This document shows, piece by piece, positions 51,865 to 64,000 of a stretch of DNA of 64,000 bases. A program made the translations under genes and the position numbers. The DNA comes from Octopus sinensis (taxonomy: Eukaryota). The notes below the pieces were generated by a model that saw only the letters and a program-made list of their open reading frames with translations, was not told the DNA's origin and made no database searches. The DNA lies in assembly GCF_006345805.1 (NCBI RefSeq), contig NC_043013.1, forward strand, positions 38,998,001-39,062,000. Direction: 5' to 3'. Numbering within the stretch: the stretch's first letter is position 1; the number at the start of each line of letters is the position of its first letter.

Positions 51865-52163
51865 GTGGAGGCGCAATGGCCTAGTGGTTAGGGCAGCGGA
51901 CCCGCGGTCGTAGGATTGCGGTTTCGATTCTCAGACCAGGCGTTGTGAGTGTTTATTGAGCGAAAACACCTAAAAGCTCCACGAGGCTCCAGCAGGGGGT
52001 GGTGATCTCTGCTGTACTCTTTCCACAACTTTCTCTCACTCTTTCTTCTGTTGGCCTGCTCGCTTAGCCAGCGGGGTGGCGTCATTCGAAGGCTAAAACA
52101 ATGCGAACGCATTGTGACCAGCGATGGGTAGCAACATCTGATGGTCTGGTCGGTCACGTGATC
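51865..52163 (+). mobile_element. Family D SINE, inverted relative to 50990-51300
   Basis: Reverse-complement match to the preceding copy. Confidence 0.85.
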
Positions 52164-52168
52164 ATGCG

Positions 52169-52202
<34 letters not shown>

Positions 52203-54069
52203 CTATATATATCTATATATATATATATATACATATATAGTCCAGTACTATCCGTACAGCTCTAATACTTGGAATCCTTGTTACTTATTTGCTTTATATA
52301 TATATATATATATATATTACCACACACACACAAAAACATGAATCTATATACATAGACGTATAAACAAATATAACTAAACATATATGTGTGTGTATATATA
52401 TATACACAAACACATATTAAAAATATGACACGCATATTAAAAATACCTTACTTTAAGAGCTAAGAAGGAGTGTATTATTACTTTAGCGGTCATGCTCTGA
52501 TTGTGATGCATGACCTAATATATTTAGGTAGGGAACGCTAAAAGGTTCGATTACTTGAAACTGTCCAACACAGAATTTCTGTGCATGAGTGCACGTGTGT
52601 GTGTGTTGTGTATGTGTTTGTGTGAGGGGTGGGGCTGAATAATCTTCATTACTGCCCTGTCTTTGTGTTTTGTGCAACTGACAAATACAAATAAACAGAA
52701 TCTCATGTATTGAGTACTTTTTAGTATGTATTTATTGGTTTTAACAATACTTCATATCCTTTTACTCATTTATTCTGTTACAGGCTTTTTTCAGTTCTCA
52801 TCTACTAAATCCATTCTCAAAGATTTGCTTACCTTGAGGCTACAGTAGATGACACCTGCTCTAGATTCTCTGCAGCAAGACTGAATCCGAAAGTATGAGG
52901 CCATGAAGCAAGTTTCTTACCCTATAGCCACGCCTAGACACACAACAAGCCTCCAAAATTTCCATTTACCAAATTCACTCACACACCATTGGTCACCTGG
53001 TATATATAGTAGGAAACACTTGTCTAAAATGCTGGCAGTGGAACAGAACCCAAAATCATGCAAATGCAAAATGAGCATTATGCACTCTCATAGCAAACAC
53101 CATGGGTCTATTAACTGCTACTAAATTCAAACCATGATGAACAAAGAAGATAGCCTTGAAGTCGGTGATTTTAAACTTATGGAGACAACACTCATATGCC
53201 ACCTGAGGAAATGTAACTAGATCTTGTCATGCAAACAAACAGTTGCATAATCAAATACCTGTATTCTTGAAGTGTTACGTTGCATCAAAACAACTGTAGT
53301 GAATAATAAATAAATGCCCAACTGTTCTCCTTCTTCTTGACTCCATTTTCTTCAATTATATACACATATGTGTGTGTAATGGTCAGTTCTTCATTGAAAT
53401 TGAGGGTCACCAATTGTAACGGTTGTTGTTAAGGCGTTGGTTGCCGGTGTGCAAGATGGAACAAGGACAGTGATCGAAGATGTAAAGAAATATTTATTTA
53501 CCGTTACTTTGTATAATGCCTTGCCTGGACGAGCAAGTGTGTGTATCGTATAAAAACAATAGAGTTATCTTTTCTTGTATGTTGTCGCTGTTTATGTTTG
53601 GTCAACTGCTAGCTGCCCAAGTAAGAATTAGACGAAGATAGAGTGAATGTTAAGCATAGGCAGTCAATAAAATGATACCTTCACGGTGCCTGACATTTAA
53701 ACAGCAGTGGTGTTGTGATAAGACACTGTATCATAGTTGACATTCTCACTGTAAGCCTTCTGTGGTCACCTCTGTGTCATCTCTTTTTTGCCAGCTAACT
53801 TTTTCCTACAGTGTTTTAGTATTTATTAATTACCCAAACTAGTTAGAAGGAGAGACATATTGTTGAGAACAATAGATATCATTGGCGGTCTGCTATCTCT
53901 ATTCTAGCTTTTGGTGGCCTAGAAGAGGTTAGAAAGGTCAAGTGGCATTATTCTGCTTAGTGAAGGCATCTGGCAAATGTAACTGCTGGCACTCACAGAA
54001 AAACTATTCTTCTACCGTGAGAAAAGTGCTGTTGAACTGTTAGGTGAAATTTGGTTATTGAGGGCCTGC

Positions 54070-54098
54070 ATGAACCACTACATTATATATATATATAC

Positions 54099-54162
<64 letters not shown>

Positions 54163-54189
54163 TATATATGTATATATATAATATATATA

Positions 54190-54238
<49 letters not shown>

Positions 54239-54765
54239 TATATATATATGTATATATGTATATATATATATATGTATGTATATATGTTATATATATATGT
54301 ATGGATATATGTATATATATAATATATATGTATGTATAATATGTATATATTATATTATATATATATATATATATGTATGTATATATATATATAATATATG
54401 TAGTATTATATATATATATATATGTATATATGTATTATATATAATATATGTATATATATATATATATCTATGTATATATGTATATATATATTATATATAT
54501 ATATATGTATGTATATAATATATATATATGTATGTATATATTAATATATATATGTATTATATATATATATATATATGTATGTATATATGGTATATATATT
54601 ATATATATATATATATATTATATATATATATATATATATATGTTATATATACTATATATTATGATGTATAATATATTATATATGTATGTATATATATATA
54701 TATGTTATGTATTATATATATATATATATGTATGATTATATATGTGTATGTATATATATATATAT

Positions 54766-54796
<31 letters not shown>

Positions 54797-54818
54797 ATAT
54801 ATATATATATATTAGGTA

Positions 54819-54856
<38 letters not shown>

Positions 54857-54904
54857 ATTATATATATGTATATAATGTATGTATATATATATATATATTA
54901 TGTA

Positions 54905-54942
<38 letters not shown>

Positions 54943-54984
54943 TGTATGTATATTATATATATATATATATGTATGTATATATTG

Positions 54985-55028
<44 letters not shown>

Positions 55029-55082
55029 ATATTAATATATATATATATATAATATGTATGTATATATATATATATATGTATG

Positions 55083-55142
<60 letters not shown>

Positions 55143-55220
55143 GTATATATATTATATATAATATATATATATAGATATATATATATATATAGATATATAT
55201 GTATATAATAATATATATAT

Positions 55221-55252
<32 letters not shown>

Positions 55253-55276
55253 GGTATATATGTTATAATATATATG

Positions 55277-55315
<39 letters not shown>

Positions 55316-55330
55316 TATATATATATATCA
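54070..55330. repeat. Very long interrupted (TA)n/(TATG)n tract, about 1.26 kb
   Basis: Direct reading. Similar tracts lie at about 40030-40490, 51300-51860 and 29300-29570. Confidence 0.97.
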
Positions 55331-55450
55331 TATAGAGAGGGGAAAACAAGGAGAAGAAAATGGCAGATAAATGGATGTCCCCACATCTTTACCAGAAATA
55401 ATGTGTCTTTGACAATACCTGTATTCTTAAGAATACAGGTACCCTATTAT

Positions 55451-55519
<69 letters not shown>

Positions 55520-55820
55520 CTGACACCCCCTTCGGTCATGGCTGACCATGGGATTGCGCCTAGAATGTTACCCTCCAAGGCACAAGTCCGGGCAAGGTTG
55601 TTTATGGAATGCTGGCCTCCCCTCTCCACGTCACCAGTGTTATCCAAGGGAGAGGCAGAGGGAGATACAGCTTGGCACCTACAGCTGAGTGAACTGGAGC
55701 AATGTGAAATAAAGTGTCTTGCTCAAGAACACAACACGCAGCCCGGTCCGGGATTCGAACTCACAACCTCACGATCGTCAGTTCAATGCTCTAACCACTG
55801 AGCCATGCATCGTCACACAT

Positions 55821-55864
<44 letters not shown>

Positions 55865-55884
55865 TATGTATGTATGTATGTATG

Positions 55885-55939
<55 letters not shown>

Positions 55940-56275
55940 CGTGATCACCGTGACCGACCAGGTTATCAGATGTGCTACTCATCGCTGGCCACAATGCGCT
56001 TCGCATTGTTTTAGCCTTCAAATGACGCCACCCCGATGGCTAAGCGAGCAGGCCAACAGAAGAAAGGGTGAGAGGAAGTTGTGGGATCGCAAGGATCGCC
56101 ACCATCCCCTGCCAGAGCGTTGTGGAGCTTTAGATGTTTTCGCTCAATTAACACAACGCCCGGTCTGGGAATCGAAACTGCGATCCTACAACCACTGGGC
56201 CATTGCGCCTCCACACACACACACATATATATATTATATAATATATAATATATATATATATATAATATATATATA

Positions 56276-56318
<43 letters not shown>

Positions 56319-57783
56319 TCAATAGCACAAACATCTCAATGAACTGATTCTAGAAGGAAGTTTACGATCATTTAAATAGGTCGCACTCCTTGGCCGGTGG
56401 TTTATTGCGGTATAGTAAGTGTAAAACAACTTGCTCTAAACGAATATGAAAAAAAAAAGGCGCTCTTGCGAAAGGGGGTGGGTGGGGGAGGGGACTCGGA
56501 ACATTCATGATGTGAATGTTCCGAGTCGCCTCACCAGAGCCAAGAAACAAAAGAAAAATAGAGTAATAGGTGTAAAACAACTCATCGAATGGCAACATCT
56601 ATATACTAAAAATAACAACAAAAAATCCCTCTTAAAACAAACATATACACTCACACACCATCCGATTGTCTTAGTGATATGCGACGAGACTAGATAATTT
56701 TGTCTAAGACACACTATTTCTGATGAAGATCACAGCCGGGATAGTTTAGTTGGTGTCAAAATAATGACATTGCGATCGAGCAAGTCTTAATGACACCGTT
56801 GCTTTAAAACAAATTGCCAAAAATTGTATTATAAAAAAGTATTATAAAATTGAGAAAATCTGAGGGTACTTCTGTATTTAGTTGAGTGTTAAAAATAGTA
56901 CAGTAAACAGAAATGATAATCCAAAAAGATGATAATGTAAAAATGCGGCCGTACTTACATAACAGCGGAATCGGTCCGATCTGGTCTGCTTGCGCAAAAT
57001 AATGTAAATGTTAAGGGAGGTAACTCTAAATTCAACTTCTGGAGACTACTCCTTTATCACCGTTTACAAAGAGTTCTGGGTTTTTAATACATTTATTTAC
57101 TTTATTTGTCTTATCATTTATATTGCACTTGTTTCAGTCATTTGACGGCGCCGATGCGGGGAAAACCAGCTTGATGGGTTTCAGTCGAACGAATCGAGCC
57201 CCCCCCCACCACCACCACCACCACCAACTACGTCTCTTTTTGATAATTGTTCAGTTTAGCTATTTTTAGAAAAGTATATAAAATTTATTTCTTTATTGCC
57301 CACAAGGGGCTAAACATAGAGGGGACAAACAAAGACAGACAAAGGGATTAAGTCAACTACATCGACCCCAGTGCGCAACTGGTACTTTATTTATCGACCC
57401 CGAAAGGATGAAAGGCAAAGTCGACCTCGGCGGTGTTTGAACCCAGAACGTAACGACAGATGAAATACTGCTGAGCATTTTGCCCGGCGTGCTAACGATT
57501 CTGTCAGCTCGCCAGTATATAAAATTAAGGAGAGATAAGTAGTAAAAGAAGCAGCTTTTTATACAGCATAAAGACTGTCTCCGGATCTTTTCCTTTTGAA
57601 CGGCAGTTTTCAACACAATTTCTAGTTAACTAAACACTTTTGAACTTCGTATACTGGTAGAATATGTCAAAATAAAACATTTTTTTCTCTTGGCTTTCTT
57701 GAGAAAATTGTAATTTGTAAATTTAACATAGTTTAATTTTTCGAATTTTAACCAATCCTATGCCCTCTATTTAGCTAAAATCA

Positions 57784-59083
57784 TGTAAGAAATAGGATCA
57801 CGCTTGGTCATATCGTGTAGTAAATACGATTGCACGCGGTTCTACTCTTAACGAATTATTCAAAGCCATAAACTACATACAAACGACAATAGTACATAAG
57901 TGAATTGACACAAGTCTTCTGTCGGTAGATAAATATTATTTATTTTACGTATTTTACAATCATGTGAATTTTAAGAGTTCGTAAGCGTTAGCATGTTTTG
58001 TGTCTGTGTGTTCGTGAGGCATAAAAGGTACTGACCAGAGAAATAACAATGGAATTTGGTTCACAGTTCATGTTGTTGGTATCAGCCTAGCAACAGGTAG
58101 TAGCAGATGGCTTAAGGTAGTTCTTAGAAGAACTAGAACTCAAGACAGATAATTGATTTACCGTTTATGAGGTACACGGAGGGTAAGAGTTCCATATCAA
58201 GATGTTGCGTCTCGTAGTTGAGATTAATTGAATCACTTGTTGTGTTTATCTTCCTCTTGATATGAATATACTTCCAGATGTGTTAACTGTAGCCGTTTTT
58301 CCCGTGGTGAGATTTTTACCTAACCGCTATAGTTGAATCTGTAGTTGTCTTGTATACAAATTAAACCTTAGTAGATAGAGACGATGTTTGACGATGAGTT
58401 GTGTCTGTCGCTTGGTTTTTGCTGCGTCTTCATTATATATTCTGCTTAGTTATTTTTCTCTGGTTATAGATATCCTGTAACCGTTCTTTTCATGGTGATA
58501 TTTTCACACTAACAGTATGAGAGGTATCTGTAACATCTTGTATTAATGGTGGTCGCCTGCCTTTCGAACTGGAACATGGTCGAGTATGCTCTGTGTGGTC
58601 AGAGGTTTAGCTCTGAGAAGGACTAGAACCAAAGACGAGCTTTGTGGTCAGAGGTTTAGCTCTGAAAAGAACTAAAAACCTAAGACGAACTCTGTGTGGT
58701 CAGAGGTTTAGCTCTGAAAAGAACTAAAAACCTAAGATGAACTTTGTGTGGTCAGAGGTTCGCCCTGAGAAGGACTAAAAACCTAAGACGAACTTTGTGT
58801 GGTCAGAGGTTCGCCCTGAGAAGGACTTAAAACCTAAGACGAATATTTGTCTGAGAACCCTTCTTTATATAAGGTTTATGTGGCTCAAAATGAACTTCAG
58901 AAATGGAAAGCTGTGATTGGCTGCTTGGAACAATGGCGCGAAAATAAGCGGAGGCAAATCGCGTCACATGACAACCAGCGGCGCGAACGTAGTAGAGACC
59001 ACGTATCAGCCAATCGAACGAGATTATTCTTAATACTCTTCTTAAACAGTGAAGATAGCAATGAGTGTGACGATATTGCTACA
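57784..59083 (-). mobile_element. Solo LTR-like element, 1300 bp
   Basis: TGTA...TACA termini with a 4-bp TSD ATCA (57780-57783 and 59084-59087). The MITE arm sequence resumes exactly after it. On the minus strand, CCAAT (58920-58916) precedes TATATAAA (about 58871-58864). Confidence 0.8.
58592..58843. repeat. ~51-bp tandem repeat x5 inside the solo LTR
   Basis: Unit TGTGTGGTCAGAGGTTTAGCTCTGARAAGRACTAAAAACCTAAGACGAACT. Confidence 0.9.
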
Positions 59084-59651
59084 ATCATTTGCTACGTCTA
59101 AAACTGAGACAACATCCTGTTACTAACCCTTTCCCTAACCCTAACCCTAAATTTTAGCCTTTCGGTTTTTTTTCTTAATTGTTAAATTTATTTAATTGTT
59201 ACGCGTGTGTCTAAAATTATTCGCTTTGTTTTTGTTTTGAGTTTTTGCTTTCGTTTTAGCCTTTCGTTTTTTTTTTCTTAATTGTTAAATTAAAATTATT
59301 TTCCATTGCTTTCGTTTTAGCCTTTCGTTTTTTTTTCTTAATTGTTATCCTTAAATTAATTTAACAATTAAGAAAAAAAAACGAAAGGCTAAAATTTAGA
59401 GTTAGAGTTAGGGTTAGTGACAGGATGTTGTCTGTTTTGGACGCAGCAAATGATTTTAGCTCAACAGAGGCGATAGGATTGGTTAAAATTCGAAAAATTA
59501 AACTACGTTAAACTTACAAATTACAGTTTTGTCAAGAAAGCCAAGAGAAAAAAATGTTTTATTTTGACACATTCTACCAGTATACGAAGTTTAAAAGTGT
59601 ATAGTTAACTAGAAATTGTGTTGAAAACTGCCGTTCAAAAGGAAAAGATCC

Positions 59652-59994
59652 CTGTCTCCTTTTTCTCAGTGGAATTACCCCAGAGAAACTCATGCAGGTA
59701 TGAAACAAACAATTGGTCCAATGTCCCAAACTGTCGTCTCAACTTCCGTTTCACCAGCATCCAGATATTTTCCACATTTTCTGTGTGGACGTCTTGATCA
59801 TGAGGATCAACAAAATGTTGTTGGTGTATAATCACCCTCTTGTGTGTAGGCACCACCATTGAGGATACCAATGTTATTATATGCTCACCATCTATCGCTG
59901 ACTGTGTGAGACCCAGGCAAAATCCAACTTTGTATCAGCTCAATTAAAGTTTCTTCTGTGTGGTCAGGAACTTTGACCCAAAAAACAATTCCTT
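59652..59994 (-). mobile_element. Decayed Merlin (ISXO2/IS1595-like) transposase fragment
   Basis: VPDHTEETLIELIQSWILPGSHTVSDRW*AY...HQQHFVDPHDQDVHTENVENIWMLVKRKLRRQFGT...SYLHEFLW. Confidence 0.88.
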
Positions 59995-60013
59995 GAGACT
60001 CTCTCTCTCTCTC

Positions 60014-60045
<32 letters not shown>

Positions 60046-60049
60046 CCTC

Positions 60050-60082
<33 letters not shown>

Positions 60083-60113
60083 GCTGCTTTTACTACTTAT
60101 CTCCCCCTTGCTA

Positions 60114-60513
60114 TTTTACTTGTTTCAGTCAGTTGACTGTGGCCATGCTGGAGCACCGTCTTTAGTCGACCAAATCGACCCCAGGACTTATTCTTTGTAA
60201 GCCTAGTACTTATTCTATTGATCTCATTTGCCGAACCGCTAAGTTACGGGGACGTAAACATATCAGCATAGGTTGCCAAGCGATGTTGGGGGGACAAACA
60301 CAGACACACAAGCACATACACACACATACATACATACATATACATATATACGACGGGATTCTTTCAGTTTCCGTCTACCAAATCCACTCACAAGGCTTTG
60401 GTCGGCTCGAGGCTATAGTAGAAGACACTTGCCTAAGGTGCCACGCAGTGGGACTGAACCCGGAACCACGTTGTTCGTTAGCAAGCTACTTACCACACAG
60501 CAGCTCTTACGCC
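60114..60513 (-). mobile_element. Family A SINE, full length
   Basis: Matches the other copies. Confidence 0.87.
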
Positions 60514-60632
60514 TTTATTATTATTATTATTATTTACTTTTTTATTATATCACCAAATTGAACAATTACCCCCTTTTTATTGTTAAAACCTGGTACTTAC
60601 ACTATTGGGTTTTTTGTTACCGAACAGCAAAA

Positions 60633-61070
60633 GGATCTTTACCTTTTGACCGGCAGATTTAGAAAATAATTTTTTGTAATTAAATACTTTCAAACTTCGT
60701 ATACTGGTAGAATGTGTCATATAAAATATTTTTTACTCTTAGCGTTTTTGAGAAAAGTTTATATTTACGAAGTTATTTCATGTTAAAGTTGTTGTATTTC
60801 GGTAATTTCAACCAATCAATGACGTGTATTCAGCTGAATAAAATTACTGCCGTTGTTTGTCAACAACAACTTTCGGCGGAGTATTTTTCGTTTGTCACTG
60901 TTATTTATGACATCGTTCGTGCGTTTGTACTGGTTTTAGCTTTAAGGTTTTAGGGTTAGGGCTAGGGTGTTAGGGTTAGGGTTTTAGAGTTAGTTTTAGG
61001 GTTAGGGTTGGGGGTTTTAGGGTTAGAGTTACGGAAAAAATGAAAAATGAAGCACGAACGATTGTGGTGG
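60633..61070 (+). mobile_element. Diverged Merlin-type MITE arm with a TTAGGG-like tract at about 60945-61030
   Basis: Begins GGATCTTTTACCTTTTGACCGGCAG and shares AACTTCGTATACTGGTAGAAT with the 57583 element. Confidence 0.65.
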
Positions 61071-61719
61071 TGCCATGAAGTAAACATGTTTCTGATACAC
61101 TCGTTTATTCATACGAACGTAACTGAGATGAAATATGTCATAAATAACATTGACAAGCGAAATATACAACGCCTGAAGTTGTTGTTGGCAAACAACAGGA
61201 GCAAATTTTATTCTTTACTACCCACAAGGGGCTAAACACAGAGAGGACAAACAAGTACAGACAAACAAGGACAGACAAACGGATTAAGTCGATTATTTAA
61301 TCGACCCCGAAAAGATGAAAAGCAAAGTCGACCTCGGCGGAATTTGAACTCAGAATATAGTGACAGACGAAATACTGCTAAGCAGTTTGTCCAACGCAAT
61401 GACGATTCTACCGGTCTGACGGTTAGTATTCCAGGTTTAACCCAGGTGTTCCGGGTTCCGTTCTTTGGCATGGGAACCTATTTATGTTTTTATTTTATTG
61501 CCCCTTTTTCATTAATGATAAAATAGCATACAGTTTTCCTCCGTATATTTCCTCTTTCTTCGTGTCCGCTTTTTAATCCTCACATCCACTCAGTGGGTGG
61601 TTCTCCCAATAAGAAATACCGTTTTATGTGTAAGGAATCAATTGAAAGCCGGAACATATCACAAGAGAATAAGAATGAAGACATTTCTCATTCAACATTC
61701 CAGTCTGTTCTTCCAACGA

Positions 61720-62020
61720 CCCACATTTACTATCACAAGGACACTTGACTAACGTAGTTCGTGATTTGAATGTATTTAAAAGCTAAGATAAAATTTCAAG
61801 TTCAAGAAAGAGATGGAATATATGTTACCCTGACGCTGACATTTGTGTTTTCAGCAGTCGCCATGATGAATTCAAAATATAGTTCGCCCACGAAGATGGT
61901 GGACTTGTGTATTGAAAAGGTTTAGTTCACTCATGAATTCTGATGGTTATAAATAAAACGTGGATGAATGGTGATAGTTCAATAAAAGTCTGTTTGAAAA
62001 CAGTTCTTCTTCATAATCAA
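61720..62020 (+). mobile_element. Decayed DNA transposase fragment, probably CMC/Chapaev-3 type
   Basis: DPHLLSQGHLTNVVRDLNV...RWNI..DADICVFSSRHDEF...EDGGLVY...DSSIKVCLKTVLLHNQG. The superfamily assignment is from memory of this motif set and needs a Dfam/Repbase check. Confidence 0.6.
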
Positions 62021-62187
62021 GGGCTTTGTTTCAGGAGAATACCAAGGGACAATTCTCCCCCACACACACTTTTCAGGGACAGAGGACAAACCATCTTTTG
62101 TTCCCCCTACTTTTTCCCAATTTAAAAAACCAAAAACAATCCCACTAACATGTTGTACATATGTATAATACATATTTTTACATGTAA

Positions 62188-62400
62188 GGATCTTTTCGGT
62201 TTAAACGGCAGTTTTTAACATAATTTCTAGGTAACTAAAAAATTTTAAACTTCCTATACTGGTGGAATGTGTTTATAAAACATCATTTTCTCTTGGCTTT
62301 CTTGAGAAACTTCTGTAGTTTGTAACATATTTGGTCTTTAATTTCTTGCATTTCGGCAATTTTAAGATTTTAAGATTTACCTACGACAAATCTCTAAAAT
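62188..62400 (+). mobile_element. Third Merlin-type MITE arm
   Basis: Starts GGATCTTTTCGGTTTAAACGGCAGTTTT. Confidence 0.7.
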
Positions 62401-62504
62401 TGCGATGTCTGTTTTATATTATGAAGACAATATTTATATTAAGTCTTAAAATGTCCTAAATGTAAAATAATCCCAGTAAAAGTAGTAATGTGTGTGTGTG
62501 TATG

Positions 62505-62537
<33 letters not shown>

Positions 62538-62561
62538 TATTGTGTGTGTGTGGTGTGTGTG

Positions 62562-62623
<62 letters not shown>

Positions 62624-62940
62624 AAAAAGCTCATTTGAAAAAGGTGGTGGTTTTTATAAGTGCTGTGATCAATGAAAATATTGTCTGAGACGTTAACAAT
62701 TGCGGATGTTATTATACTACGGAAAAATGGAAGCAGCTGAAATTCTAGAGCAGAAAATAAAATTATTTGCATTTCCATTGTGAGTTTGATAAATAATGTA
62801 TTGTTTATTTATTTGTATTCACTGTAGGAGACAAAGTACTAGGCTTACAAAGAATAAGTCCTGGGGGCGATTTGCTCGACTAAAGGCGGTACTCCAGCAT
62901 GGCCAAAGTCAAATGACTGAAACAAGTAAAAGAGAAAGGC

Positions 62941-63566
62941 AATTGATCATGTTGTTTCTGGCTGCCTTGTCCTCACTGAAAAGGAGTACCTCATGAGACA
63001 TGACAGACGAGGGCAGTACATCCACTGGAATGATTGTAAATACTACAAAATTAAATCCCATGATAAGTGGTACAGGCACCATCCTTTGGAACTTCCCAAT
63101 ACAAACAGACAGAAAAATAGACTCCACTCGATTAGACATTGTGATCGAGGACTACAACAGAGGAACTTGTCTGTTAATAGATATGTCAGTCCCACAAGAT
63201 CAAAATGTCTGAAGAAAAGAATACGAAAAGTTTTCTCAATATAACGATCTGCAAACTGAAATCACAAAAATGTGGAAGCTTAGTACTACGATAGTACCAG
63301 TGGTAATTGGTGCATTGGGAATGATAAAGAAAGGAGCTAGAAGTATATTCAGCAACTGTCTGGTAACTGCAATTTCCATGAACTGCAAAAGATAACTTTG
63401 ACGGGTACAGCCCATATACTGCGGAAAGCACTCGCCATCTAAAATGGAATAAATGCGGTGATAATTTTAGCATGCATTGCAAGACAAAAGTGCCCTCGAT
63501 ACTCTTGGCCTCTGGAGGATGCCCGGTACTAAGGCAGCTGAAATAAAGTTATAATGGAAAGAAACT

Positions 63567-63611
<45 letters not shown>

Positions 63612-63612
63612 T
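62941..63612 (+). mobile_element. R4/Dong-clade LINE 3' end (restriction-like endonuclease) with a (TAA)n tail
   Basis: DHVVSGC...EYLMRHD..GQYIHW...ILWNFPIQTDRKI..RLDIVI...LLIDMSVP...EITKMW....VPVVIGALG, frameshifted, stop at about 63442; (TAA)n at 63568-63610. Confidence 0.88.
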
Positions 63613-63989
63613 TCTACTGAAAGCACAAGGCCTCAAATTGGGGGAAAGGATAGGGTCGATTACATCGACCCAGTACTCAACTGTACTTAATTATCAATGC
63701 CGAAAGGCAAAGTCGACCTCGACGGAATTTGAACTAGTGGCAGACAAAATAACTATTTCTTTACTGCCCACAAGGGGCTAAACACAGAGAGGACAAACAA
63801 GACAAGGTCAGACAAATGGATTAAGTCGATTATATCGACCCCAGTGCGTAACTGGTACTTATTTAATCGACCCCGAAAGGATGAAAGGCAAAGTCGACCT
63901 CGACGGAATTTGAACTCAGAACGTAACGGCAGACGAAATACCGCTAAGCATTTCGCCCGGCGCGCTAACGTTTCTGCCAGCTCGCCGCC
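63612..63989 (-). mobile_element. Family B SINE, dimeric body
   Basis: Junction GACAAAATAA|CTATTTCTTTA at about 63745-63762. Confidence 0.85.
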
Positions 63990-64000
63990 TGAAGAAGAAG

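Larger units (their letters stand above)
57583..59651. mobile_element. Merlin-type (IS1016/IS1595-like) non-autonomous fold-back element, interrupted by a solo LTR
   Basis: Identical terminal 28-mers GGATCTTTTCCTTTTGAACGGCAGTTTT in inverted orientation, with long imperfect inverted arms. Perfect 8-bp TSD CTGTCTCC at 57575-57582 and 59652-59659. Confidence 0.88.

Noticed and set aside
3767-55462. Dozens of track ORFs rich in YI/HT/CV/IY/N/D runs
   Set aside because: They are translations of (TA)n, (CA)n, (TACA)n and trinucleotide microsatellites that lack stops by composition.
57880-58560. Possible coding remnant inside the solo LTR
   Set aside because: All frames I read carry multiple stops and no motif I can assign.
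58592-58843. CRISPR-like array
   Set aside because: Units are contiguous with no unique spacers, lie inside an LTR-like element, and the context is eukaryotic with no cas genes.

Overview
AT-rich, repeat-saturated animal genomic DNA. The tRNA-derived SINE families, long (TA)n/(CA)n microsatellites and Dong/R4, RTE, Penelope, Merlin and Helitron relics point to an octopod cephalopod (inference, no database search). I can support one host gene: methionine sulfoxide reductase A (MsrA) on the minus strand. I assembled it by hand from five coding exons (39291-39246, 27880-27785, 26540-26476, 22417-22289, 16420-16121). All introns are GT-AG with compatible phases, giving a 211-aa protein with the GCFWG catalytic motif, two C-terminal cysteines, an MGQAMT N-terminus and a C-terminal REEL. 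Most of the rest is mobile DNA, and most ORFs in the track are microsatellite artefacts. Highlights: (1) an 874-bp insertion with an 11-bp target-site duplication that splits a SINE and carries an uninterrupted, unidentifiable 184-codon ORF; (2) a perfect 366-bp palindrome and other fold-backs in MsrA introns; (3) a three-level nest of Merlin transposase relic, Merlin-type MITE and 1.3-kb solo LTR; (4) several Penelope-type minimal hammerhead ribozyme motifs; (5) an ER-retrieval-like REEL tail on MsrA together with an in-frame open upstream acceptor. Repeat boundaries are approximate unless TSD or TIR coordinates are given.
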